Assembly: GCA_050633445.1 (NCBI GenBank)
Contig: JBOEGN010000002.1
Coordinates: 17,873-81,872 of the forward strand
Reading direction: 5' to 3'
Source of the DNA: Thalassovita sp.
Lineage (GTDB): Bacteria > Pseudomonadota > Alphaproteobacteria > Rhodobacterales > Rhodobacteraceae
Length of the DNA stretch: 64,000 nucleotides
Position numbers and translations under genes: made by a program. Of the stretch, positions 55,639 to 64,000 are shown piece after piece; the first letter of the stretch is position 1, and every line of letters starts with the position of its first letter. The notes below the pieces were generated by a model. That model saw nothing but the letters and a program-made list of their open reading frames with translations. It had not been told where the DNA came from and searched no databases.

Positions 55639-56805
55639 TTACAGACCCAAAACGATCCCACCAGCGGCGCCAATAACCACCACCGACCAGATAGGCAAAC
55701 GCCAGCCTGTCAGTAGCACGAAACACAGCGCGGCTAAGGCCAGATCCGTCAGGTCATGCAGCGCCGTGCGCGCAATCGGATCGAACAGAGCTGCGCCCAG
55801 AATGCCCACGACAGCAGCGTTTGTTCCGGCCAGGGCCGCACGTGCCAAGGGTTGCCGTTTTACCGCCTGCCAAAAGGGCAGCACGCCTATCAGCAGCAGG
55901 AAGCCGGGCAAAAAGATCGCAACGGTCGCCAGCACAGCACCTGTGGCACCGCCCAAAAGAGCGCCCAGATAGGTCCCGAATGTGAACAGCGGCCCCGGAA
56001 TGGCCTGCGCCGCGCTGTAGCCCGCCAGGAATTCTGTGTGATCTATCAGCTCGGGAACAAACTCGGCCTCAAGCAAGGGCAGAACGACGTGCCCGCCGCC
56101 GAACACCAAAGCACCTGCGCGGAAAAAGCTGTCGAACTGCGCCATGGTCGCAGAGTGGCCAGCCACCAAAGGCAAACCCACCAGCAGGCCGGCGCAGAGG
56201 ATCAGGCAACTCACGGCCACTCTGCGTGAAACGGGGATGTCCAAAGGGGCTTCGGCGCTGTTTTCAGTCTGTAAAAACAACCCGGCCAAGGCCCCCAGAA
56301 GAATAGCGCCAGGCATGGCAAAAGGCGCGGGCACCACTGCCAGAACCGCCAGGGCCACAACCGCGATGCTGGCGCGCGGGGCGTCGGGGCACAGGCTGCG
56401 GGCCATGCCCAGAACCGCTTGGCTGACGATGGCGACGGCCACCAATTTCAGCCCGGCCAATGCCGATAGAAACACCGGATCGGCCAAGCTGAGCGTCACC
56501 AGCGCGAAGACCGCCATGATCAGCGCCGAGGGCAGAGTAAAGCCGATAAAGGCCGCCAATCCACCCAACGCGCCGCCGCGCATCCAACCCAGTGCAAATC
56601 CGACCTGGCTGGAGGCCGGACCGGGCAGGAATTGGCACAGGGCCACCAGCTCGGCATAGCTTTGTTCGGAAAGCCATTGCCGCCGGGCAACGAATTCTTC
56701 GCGGAAATAGCCCAAATGCGCGATGGGCCCGCCAAAGGACGTCAGGCCCAGCCGAAGAAAGGTCAGGAAAACCTTGAATGGATTTGAACTTTGGCGATCT
56801 TGCAT
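55639..56805 (-). CDS. chrA: Chromate efflux transporter (long-chain CHR)
   Basis: SFGGP, CQFLPGPASSQ, VFGGGHVVLP and AQAIPGP motifs. Confidence 0.93.
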   Translation of the reverse strand: MQDRQSSNPFKVFLTFLRLGLTSFGGPIAHLGYFREEFVARRQWLSEQSYAELVALCQFLPGPASSQVGFALGWMRGGALGGLAAFIGFTLPSALIMAVFALVTLSLADPVFLSALAGLKLVAVAIVSQAVLGMARSLCPDAPRASIAVVALAVLAVVPAPFAMPGAILLGALAGLFLQTENSAEAPLDIPVSRRVAVSCLILCAGLLVGLPLVAGHSATMAQFDSFFRAGALVFGGGHVVLPLLEAEFVPELIDHTEFLAGYSAAQAIPGPLFTFGTYLGALLGGATGAVLATVAIFLPGFLLLIGVLPFWQAVKRQPLARAALAGTNAAVVGILGAALFDPIARTALHDLTDLALAALCFVLLTGWRLPIWSVVVIGAAGGIVLGL

Positions 56806-56959
56806 CTGTGTCCTCGTGGGGGGTATGCGCCGCAGTAGGCCGTGATTGCAAATAGAACATGACGGGAATTCCCAGGCAATTCCGCCAAATAGCGCCTTGC
56901 GAAGGCGGCGGGAATTGCCAAGACTGCGGCCGTACCTTAGCAAACCCGAAAGCCGCTTT

Positions 56960-57703
56960 ATGCCCTCTTTGCCGCTGAAACCATGGCCTGCAATTCATGC
57001 GGTTGGATTTGGCGGTCTGCTGGTCCGTTTCGGGGAGAAGCTGAGCGAGCCTGCGAACCGCGCCGCGCTGGCCTTTCGTGCGGCATTGGACCGGGTGACG
57101 CCCGAAGGGGTCGAGGAAAGCTCGACCTCGCTTGTGTCCTGTTTCGTGCGGTTTGATCCTTTGGCGGTTGATCTGGACAGGTTGATGGCGCGCTTGCAGG
57201 CCCTGCTGGACGAGCGCGATTGGTACGCCGCTCCTTTGCCCGAGGGCCGCAAATTTTGGCGCATTCCCACGGTCTATGGCACGGATTTAGCGCCGCAACT
57301 GGCCGAGGCCGCGTCTGTCGCTGGTCTGACCGAGGCCGCGGCGATCCAGTCGCTTTCGACCTCTCGGGTGCGGGTGCAAACCATCGGTTTTGCGCCTGGA
57401 ATGCCGTATTTGGGCGCACTGCCGGACGCGTGGGACATTCCCCGTTTGACCGATTTGACGCCCAATGTCCCGGCGGGGGGGCTGGCGGTTGCGATCCGGC
57501 AATTGGTGCTGTTCCCCGTTGCGACGCAAACCGGCTGGCGGCAGGTAGGACAAACCGCGATGCAATTGTTTCGACCCGACAGCGACGCGCCATTTGTGCT
57601 GCGCCCGGGCGACGAAGTGCTGTTCCCTGCGGTCTCTCGCGAGACCTACGAAAGGATGCGCACGGCCCCGGATGGCGGTGCGACTTTCGAGGTGCTGCCA
57701 TGA
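56960..57703 (+). CDS. pxpB: 5-oxoprolinase subunit B (allophanate hydrolase subunit 1 family)
   Basis: IGFAPG.PYLG and TGW..VGQT motifs; pxpBCA synteny. Confidence 0.85.
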   Translation: MPSLPLKPWPAIHAVGFGGLLVRFGEKLSEPANRAALAFRAALDRVTPEGVEESSTSLVSCFVRFDPLAVDLDRLMARLQALLDERDWYAAPLPEGRKFWRIPTVYGTDLAPQLAEAASVAGLTEAAAIQSLSTSRVRVQTIGFAPGMPYLGALPDAWDIPRLTDLTPNVPAGGLAVAIRQLVLFPVATQTGWRQVGQTAMQLFRPDSDAPFVLRPGDEVLFPAVSRETYERMRTAPDGGATFEVLP

Positions 57704-58716
57704 CCCGCACCTTAACCGTTTTGCGGGCCGGTCCCGGCACCAGCATTCAGGATCAGGGGCGACCTGGGTATCTGGCCTATGGGGTGTCACGGGGCGGGGC
57801 GGCGGACTTGGTTGCCTTGTCCGAGGGCGCGGTGCTGTTGCAGCAATCCCCTAAGTGTGCTGCGATCGAAATGGCGGGACTGGGCGGCGAGTTCCAGGCC
57901 TCGGAGGATATGCGCATCGCCCTGACCGGGGCCGAGATGACTGCCAAAATCGACGGTCAGGCGCTGCGTTGGAATGCCAGCCACCTGTTGCCAAAAGGCG
58001 CCGTTCTGAGCATTGGAGCCACGCGAGCCGGCAGTTACGGGTATCTGCATCTGGGCGGTGGTCTCGCGACGGAAATGCGGTTGGGCAGCCGCTCGGCGCA
58101 TCTGGCTGCAGGACTTGGCGGGGGATTGGAAACCGGTCAGGTTCTGCCGGTCGGAATGGACGCCGGAGCGGTGATCGGTCACGGGATACGCCCCATCGAA
58201 CGCATGGGCGCTGGCACGGTGCGGGTGGTTGCGTCACTGCAAACGCACTTGTTCAAGAGTGTCCTGCAACGCTTTGAAAAAACAGAATTTACCAAAGATT
58301 TTCGCGGCAACAGAATGGGTGTTCGGATGCGCTCGGACGGGCCCGGATTTGCTCTGGAAGGCGCGTTGAGTGTGCTGTCCGAGGTGATCTCTCCGGGGGA
58401 TATTCAGATCACAGGGGATGGGTCGCCATTTGTGTTGCTTAGCGAATGTCAGACGACGGGCGGATATCCTCGGATCGGGACGGTACTGCCATGCGATCTG
58501 CCGCGTGTTGCCCAGGCTCGCCCCGGCGAGACGTTGCAATTTCACTTTGTCAGTATGGCGGATGCGCTGGAGGCCGAGCGTCGCCATCGCGCAGAATTAG
58601 CAGCGCTGCCTGGGGGGCTGTTCCCTCTGATCCGAGATCCACATGACATTGGTGATCTGCTCTCGTATCAATTGATCAGCGGCATGATCGCCGGAACCGA
58701 AAAGGATGCTCCATGA
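57700..58716 (+). CDS. pxpC: 5-oxoprolinase subunit C
   Basis: QDQGRPGY..GV..GG, NRMG and QTTGGYP motifs; ATGA overlap. Confidence 0.85.
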   Translation: MTRTLTVLRAGPGTSIQDQGRPGYLAYGVSRGGAADLVALSEGAVLLQQSPKCAAIEMAGLGGEFQASEDMRIALTGAEMTAKIDGQALRWNASHLLPKGAVLSIGATRAGSYGYLHLGGGLATEMRLGSRSAHLAAGLGGGLETGQVLPVGMDAGAVIGHGIRPIERMGAGTVRVVASLQTHLFKSVLQRFEKTEFTKDFRGNRMGVRMRSDGPGFALEGALSVLSEVISPGDIQITGDGSPFVLLSECQTTGGYPRIGTVLPCDLPRVAQARPGETLQFHFVSMADALEAERRHRAELAALPGGLFPLIRDPHDIGDLLSYQLISGMIAGTEKDAP

Positions 58717-59486
58717 CCCAGACTGTCGATCTGAACGCCGATATGGGCGAAAGCTTTGGGCCTTGGGTGATGGGCGACGACGCGGCGCTGTTGGGCATTG
58801 TCAGCTCGGCCAATGTGGCCTGCGGGTTGCATGCGGGCGATTGGGATACGATGGCGCAGACGATGGCTTTGGCGCAGAAAAACGGTGTGGGGGTCGGGGC
58901 GCATCCGGGGTTTCCTGACCTTCAGGGTTTTGGGCGGCGCAATTTGCAGATGCCGCTGGAGAGTTTGGCCAATCTGGTGCGGTATCAACTGGGGGCCGCG
59001 CAGGCGATGGCACAGGGGCAGGGCACGCATGTGCGCCACCTGAAACTGCATGGCGCGCTGGCCAACATGGCGGCCGAGGACAAGGCGATGGCCTTGGCCT
59101 GCTATCGTGCCGCTTTGGCGGTCGATCCCAAGATTATCATCATGGTGTTGGCTGGCACGCAGCAACAGGCTGCGGTTGCGGAATTGGGCTGCCATGCGGC
59201 TTGCGAGATCTTTGCCGATCGGGCCTATAATGATGATGCGACCTTGGTGAATCGCAGTCTGCCAGGGGCCGTGATCCATGATCCGGGCACCGCTGCCCAG
59301 CGAATTTTGAACATGATAACAGAGGGCGCCATCATCAGCGAAACCGGCGCACGCATCCCGACGCGGATCGACACGATTTGCCTGCATGGGGACACGCCGA
59401 CTGCGGTTCAGATTGCCGGGGCCGTTCGCGCGCGACTAGAGAATGCGGGCGTTGCGATCCGAATGTTCGACGGAGCGCCGCTTTAG
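58713..59486 (+). CDS. pxpA: 5-oxoprolinase subunit A (LamB/YcsF family)
   Basis: DLNADMGES, NVACG.HAGD, GFGRR, FADRAY and CLHGD motifs. Confidence 0.93.
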   Translation: MTQTVDLNADMGESFGPWVMGDDAALLGIVSSANVACGLHAGDWDTMAQTMALAQKNGVGVGAHPGFPDLQGFGRRNLQMPLESLANLVRYQLGAAQAMAQGQGTHVRHLKLHGALANMAAEDKAMALACYRAALAVDPKIIIMVLAGTQQQAAVAELGCHAACEIFADRAYNDDATLVNRSLPGAVIHDPGTAAQRILNMITEGAIISETGARIPTRIDTICLHGDTPTAVQIAGAVRARLENAGVAIRMFDGAPL

Positions 59487-59878
59487 GAGTTCTCGGCCTG
59501 AAAATCAGCCCAGTGCTGGCTGATTTTGGCGCACAGATCGACCGGGTCGAAAGGTTTGGTGATCACCGCCAGACAGCCTTGTTCCAACAATCTGTCGGCA
59601 AAAGCGGTTTCCGCCTTTGCGGTTAAGAAGACAGCGGGAATGTGATCCATGCCGGGGATCATGCGCAGGCGCTGCCAGGTCTCTTCGCCGGTCATTTCTG
59701 GCATCATCACATCCAACAGGAACAACTGTGGCTTGAAATCAGCCGCCGTGGCGATGGCCTCTGGCCCCGAGGGGTATTGATCGACTTCGAACTGCCCCAC
59801 CAATTCGAGCGCCATTTTAACGATGACACGAATGTCTTCGTCATCGTCAACATGCAGGATTCTTTTCAGCTCTTCCAT
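59483..59878 (-). CDS. Single-domain response regulator
   Basis: VDDD, LLDVMMP, FLTA and KPF motifs. Confidence 0.93.
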   Translation of the reverse strand: MEELKRILHVDDDEDIRVIVKMALELVGQFEVDQYPSGPEAIATAADFKPQLFLLDVMMPEMTGEETWQRLRMIPGMDHIPAVFLTAKAETAFADRLLEQGCLAVITKPFDPVDLCAKISQHWADFQAENS

Positions 59879-59915
59879 CGCGGGGGTTCTTCTTATTGTC
59901 TAAGTTTGGTGTGGA

Positions 59916-61016
59916 TCAACCGGGCTCCGATGGGGGGTCCTGCTTGGGCAGATTCACGTAAAAGGTCGTTCTGTCACTTGTATCGCACGAGATGCCGATT
60001 TCTCCACCATGCGATTTGACAATTTTCTTACAAATCGCCAGACCCAGCCCGGTCCCCTTGACCTTGGATGCATTCGCGGGCGTTGCCTGAACGTAGTTCT
60101 GGAAAATCGTTTTGCGCAAATGCTCGGGGATGCCGGGGCCGTCATTGGTGATGCGAATCTGCCAGCCGTCTTTGTGATCCAGAATCCGCACATGCACCGT
60201 ACCACCAGCAGGAGAGTTCTTGATCGCGTTGGACAAGAGGTTCGCGAACAGCTGATGCAGCCTGAGAGGCACGCCGCTGATCCAGCCATGATCGGGGGCG
60301 GCGACCAGCTCAATTGAAACATTGTGGACCGAGCAATATCCCAGATGCGCCGTTACGGCCTCTTTGGTGAGGTCAATCAGGTCCAGAAGGATGTGATCCT
60401 CGTCCGCGACGGCTTTGCGCGAGCCCAGTTTTTGCAGATCCAGGATGTCCTCGACGATCGAAAGCAGGTTGTCGGCGTTGCGCTGCACCAGCCCAACCAG
60501 GTCTTTGGCCTGTGGCGGCAAATCACCCATGGCGCCGCTGTCCATCAGCTTTAGCGCCCCCATGATCGAGGTCAGAGGCGTGCGCAGGTCATGCACGATT
60601 TCGGAAAAGGCTTCGGCACGGGCGCGTTCCAGCTGCCGACGATGCTCGCGGTTTCGCAACACCGAGACAAAGACGTTTTTCTCGCCAAAGGTCGACAGCA
60701 TTCGGGTGCTGATCTCGACCAGGCCTTTTTCGTGCATGGTTTCGACGGTGACGGTGTCGGTCAGGCCAACGCGCAAAGGCTCCACATGTTTGTGAAAACC
60801 CTCGGTGTCGAAATTGGCCGAGGCGTCCCAGATTTTCTTGCTTCGGACGTCGGACTTTGGCCAGTCGCAGCGCAGACGCGCCGTTCTGTTGGCATAGATC
60901 AGCTGCAACGTATCGGAGTCATAGACGTAAACTTCGTCGTGCAGCTCTTCCAATATGGTCGAGAGGTATCTCTGGCTCAGGTCTGTCGGGATGGCGTGAA
61001 ACATGAAATCTAACAT
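59916..61016 (-). CDS. Cytoplasmic PAS-domain histidine kinase
   Basis: PAS-like N-terminus, HDLRTPL, NLLSNA and GTGLGL motifs. Confidence 0.9.
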   Translation of the reverse strand: MLDFMFHAIPTDLSQRYLSTILEELHDEVYVYDSDTLQLIYANRTARLRCDWPKSDVRSKKIWDASANFDTEGFHKHVEPLRVGLTDTVTVETMHEKGLVEISTRMLSTFGEKNVFVSVLRNREHRRQLERARAEAFSEIVHDLRTPLTSIMGALKLMDSGAMGDLPPQAKDLVGLVQRNADNLLSIVEDILDLQKLGSRKAVADEDHILLDLIDLTKEAVTAHLGYCSVHNVSIELVAAPDHGWISGVPLRLHQLFANLLSNAIKNSPAGGTVHVRILDHKDGWQIRITNDGPGIPEHLRKTIFQNYVQATPANASKVKGTGLGLAICKKIVKSHGGEIGISCDTSDRTTFYVNLPKQDPPSEPG

Positions 61017-61083
61017 TCGTTACTAAAGGTACAAAAAGGGGCGGTGCAATTTTGGTCAACTAGATGGGAACAAGGGGCATGGG

Positions 61084-62466
61084 TCAGTCCTCTGCCGATT
61101 GTTGAGGGTGGGCGCGGCGCAGGGTCAGCAGGAATGTCGTGCCTTCGCCCAGGGTGCTGAGATATTCCAAACGGCCCTTGTGACGGCCCACGATCTGTTT
61201 CGAGATATTCATCCCCAGACCTGTGCCTCCCACTTTGCGCTGATCAGACGAGTCGACCTGGGTGAACTGGCCAAACACGCGGTCATCGGACCCTTCGGGA
61301 ATGCCAACACCATAGTCGATCACCGAGATCGTGACTTCATCTTCGGTGGCGCGGGCACGGACATCCACATGGCCGCCCTCTTTCGAGAATTTGGCGGCGT
61401 TCGACAGCAGGTTGCTTAGCACTTGCATCAGGCGATTGCGGTCGCCCTCGATCAGGAAATCCTGGTCGCGCAACAGCGACGTGACGCGGATGTTCATGCT
61501 TTTGGCAAATCCGTCATTGGCGTCGATGGCATCCTGCACCAGTTTCTGCACGCTCAGCTCTTCGAAATGGAACACCATTTCCCCGGCCTCGAATTTTTGC
61601 AGATCCAGCAGGTCGTCGATCAGATTGGCCAGGCGAACCGAGTTCTTGCCGGCAATTTCCAGCACCGAGTTAAGCTGCGGGGGGACTTCGCCAAGCGTTC
61701 CTTTGTTCACCAGATCCAGCGAGCCCTTGATCGAGGTCAGCGGGGTGCGCAGCTCGTGGCTGACGGTGGACAGGAACTGCGATTTGACGGTCAGCGCGGC
61801 CAGGGTGCGTTCGTGTTCGCGGCGCAATTCTTCCAGCTGGCGGACGCCTGCGCGGTACAGTTTCAGGAACTGGAACGAGATATCAATGATGAAGTACATC
61901 ACGAACAGGATGGTGAAGAATTCCAGCCACGGGCTTGTGTCGATCGGCGGATAGTACCGCAGGATATCCATCAGAGCGATATAGCCGAACGTGCCGCCAT
62001 AGATCAGCAGACGCAGGGTCAGCGCTGGCATGACCTGATGGTTGTTCATCGCGGCAAACAGCGCTGCGGCAAACAGGAAGAACAGGGGGGTGAAGTGCCC
62101 TCCGGTTTCCTGTTGAATTGCGACTGCGATAATAAACAGGCAAATCGCGCCGGAACTGACAAGTGTGTTCACCAGGATCGCAATCAGGAAACGATAGGTG
62201 GTCCGGGCGCCTCCGCCTTTCCAGCGGCGCATCCGGCGCGCAACGATCAGGTCCAGCACTTCGGAAAACAGCACACCCGCATAGGTGACAAACGCTGTGG
62301 TCGCGTCGAAGTAGAATGCAGTCAGCAAAGTCGCCGCCAGGAAAATCGCCTGGCGCTGCCACAACAGGTTGGTTGTGACGTCAATATAGTCCCTGAGCTG
62401 GCGTTCAAGCCGGTCAGGCTGAAGCCAGTCTTTCAGGACTTTGATTTGTTTCGCTCGAAGGGGCAT
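61084..62466 (-). CDS. Multi-TM sensor histidine kinase
   Basis: About 6 hydrophobic helices, SHELRTPL, NLLSNA and GTGLG motifs. Confidence 0.92.
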   Translation of the reverse strand: MPLRAKQIKVLKDWLQPDRLERQLRDYIDVTTNLLWQRQAIFLAATLLTAFYFDATTAFVTYAGVLFSEVLDLIVARRMRRWKGGGARTTYRFLIAILVNTLVSSGAICLFIIAVAIQQETGGHFTPLFFLFAAALFAAMNNHQVMPALTLRLLIYGGTFGYIALMDILRYYPPIDTSPWLEFFTILFVMYFIIDISFQFLKLYRAGVRQLEELRREHERTLAALTVKSQFLSTVSHELRTPLTSIKGSLDLVNKGTLGEVPPQLNSVLEIAGKNSVRLANLIDDLLDLQKFEAGEMVFHFEELSVQKLVQDAIDANDGFAKSMNIRVTSLLRDQDFLIEGDRNRLMQVLSNLLSNAAKFSKEGGHVDVRARATEDEVTISVIDYGVGIPEGSDDRVFGQFTQVDSSDQRKVGGTGLGMNISKQIVGRHKGRLEYLSTLGEGTTFLLTLRRAHPQQSAED

Positions 62467-62828
62467 GACGCAGGGCTGCCGTATCGTTTCTTATCTGTCG
62501 TCATTCAGTTCTAATTAACGATATTGGCGAAAGTTCGGCGGAGAAACCCATTTTTCTCATTGGTCAAAAAAAACACCGAAATCCCTATCGAGGCGCGAAG
62601 ATTGTTAACCAAAAACTAACAAAGGTTGAAAATTTTAATTTAAACGTGCAATATAATGCGGCAACGGGCTGAACTTCGGGCCTAGATTGCATGTCCGCCA
62701 TCAACTTAACGCGACGGCATGTGTTGCCCGTACACCATTGTGGCGTTTTTTTGGTAATGTAGTGAAAAATCTTAGGTGATTTGCGCAAGCGCTTGCCTAA
62801 ACTGGGAAAAAAAGATCGGGCAGGAAAA

Positions 62829-63566
62829 ATGAACATTGCAGTTACAGGGCGTCACGGGCGCTCTATGCAGGTCTTTCCGGAACTTGAACCCGTTGCACCT
62901 GGCAAACCCGCAAGGGTCGCTCGGAGCTCGGCCAAAAGACCTGCACCGGCACCGACCGGACATGTCAGATCGACCATGATGTCCTTCTCGAATGTTGGGC
63001 AGTACGGCGATTTGTTGCCGAACTTTCTGAAGGCGCGCAAACGCACCTTTATTGATCGGCTCCATTGGGAACTTCCGACGACCGAAGGGATGGAGTTCGA
63101 TCAGTACGACACGCCGCAATGCCGCTGGGTCGCCGTACACGAATATGGCGAGATTCTTGGCGGCTTTCGGTTGCTGCCGACAACGGCCAGTTGTGGGATC
63201 TATTCCTACATGCTGAAGGACGCTCAGCAGGGGATGCTGGACAGCATTCCGCAGGACGTTCTTTTCATCGAGGCTCCGGTCGAGCGGCGCATCGTCGAGG
63301 CATCGCGCCTGTTCATCGCCGAGGACGTGCCGTCCTCGCGTCGGATTCAGGTGCAAAGCGTGATCATGGGACAAATGGTTGCGGGAACCGTTCAGATGGG
63401 TGCGACGCATACAATCGGGATCGTCCCATCGGTCTGGTCGCGCTGGTTGCGCCGGATGGATCTGGACGCTGTGCCGGTCGGGCGCAAATTTATGATCGAC
63501 GGAGTCACCAGCCAGGCCGCGATTTTCAACGCTGCCAAGTTCCAGGCCGGTCAACGCGCACAGTAG
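62829..63566 (+). CDS. LuxI-family acyl-homoserine lactone synthase (start uncertain)
   Basis: R...F...L.W, EFDQYD, RLLPTT and E.SRL motifs; ATG 62829 has an AGGA RBS. Confidence 0.88.
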   Translation: MNIAVTGRHGRSMQVFPELEPVAPGKPARVARSSAKRPAPAPTGHVRSTMMSFSNVGQYGDLLPNFLKARKRTFIDRLHWELPTTEGMEFDQYDTPQCRWVAVHEYGEILGGFRLLPTTASCGIYSYMLKDAQQGMLDSIPQDVLFIEAPVERRIVEASRLFIAEDVPSSRRIQVQSVIMGQMVAGTVQMGATHTIGIVPSVWSRWLRRMDLDAVPVGRKFMIDGVTSQAAIFNAAKFQAGQRAQ

Positions 63567-63598
63567 GGGCTTAACAGCAGCCGCTGAACGGGTCATAA

Positions 63599-63620
63599 AC
63601 GGGGCAGGGGACTGCCCCGT
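63599..63620 (+). terminator. Stem-loop after luxI (possible terminator)
   Basis: ACGGGGCAG-GGGA-CTGCCCCGT; no clear U-tract. Confidence 0.4.
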
Positions 63621-63645
63621 GGATCGAGCAGCAAGGCAAACGCGC

Positions 63646-64000
63646 ATGAACGGCACTATCTATATTCTGAACGGGCCCAATCTGAATTTGTTGGGCAAGC
63701 GAGAGCCTGACATCTACGGCCATGAAACGCTGGAGGATGTTGAGCGCGCCTGCACAGCCGAGGCTGCGGCGTTCGATCTGAATGTCCGCCTGTTGCAGAC
63801 CAACTGGGAAGGCCAGCTGGTCGACTGGATTCACGAAGCGCGCGAAAACGCGGCGGCGATCGTGATCAATCCGGCGGCGCTGACGCATACTTCGGTGGCC
63901 GTTCTGGATGCGCTGAACACATTTGATGGCCCCGTGGTCGAGGTTCACATCAGTCAGGTCCATAAACGCGAGGCGTTCCGCCACCACTCGTATGTCAGTC
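63646..64000 (+). CDS. aroQ: Type II 3-dehydroquinate dehydratase (partial, runs off the window)
   Basis: [34 protein letters not shown] and [13 protein letters not shown] by hand translation. Confidence 0.95.
   Translation, partial: MNGTIYILNGPNLNLLGKREPDIYGHETLEDVERACTAEAAAFDLNVRLLQTNWEGQLVDWIHEARENAAAIVINPAALTHTSVAVLDALNTFDGPVVEVHISQVHKREAFRHHSYVS

Noticed and set aside
56960-59486. Urea carboxylase / allophanate hydrolase linked to the island's biotin carboxylase
   Set aside because: The three-gene set with LamB/YcsF is the common 5-oxoprolinase pxpBCA, and it lies outside the putative island.

Overview
This looks like an alphaproteobacterial (Rhodobacteraceae/Roseobacter-like) chromosome segment; the taxon is inferred from gene content and order. 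1-18.2 kb is housekeeping: rsmA-pdxA-surA-lptD-lptG-lptF, pepA-holC, marC, ABC-F, ndk, tRNA(CAT), an EnvZ-like kinase, an MBL hydrolase and tRNA-Asn. After tRNA-Asn lies a probable ~37 kb degraded island, with an 11/12 direct repeat of the tRNA 3' end at 55080-55091. It has three parts. (i) A decayed phage-satellite-like module: iteron-like array, wHTH pseudogene, and a terminase apparently split into ATPase and nuclease genes. (ii) A ~27 kb aromatic catabolic cluster. It joins a cre-like operon (P450, two-subunit PEP-synthase-like kinase, two HD phosphohydrolases, ALDH, SDR, ferredoxin) to a convergent hpe/acv-like operon (biotin carboxylase trio, HAD phosphatase, acetoacetate-CoA-ligase-like). 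It also carries an ABC importer, a GMC oxidase, a ThDP enzyme and two regulators with visible candidate operators. (iii) An imuA-imuB-dnaE2 cassette and a Zn alcohol dehydrogenase. The right end holds ybaK, chrA, pxpBCA, two histidine kinases plus a receiver protein, an orphan luxI-family gene and partial aroQ. All calls rest on motif recognition by eye; no searches were run.
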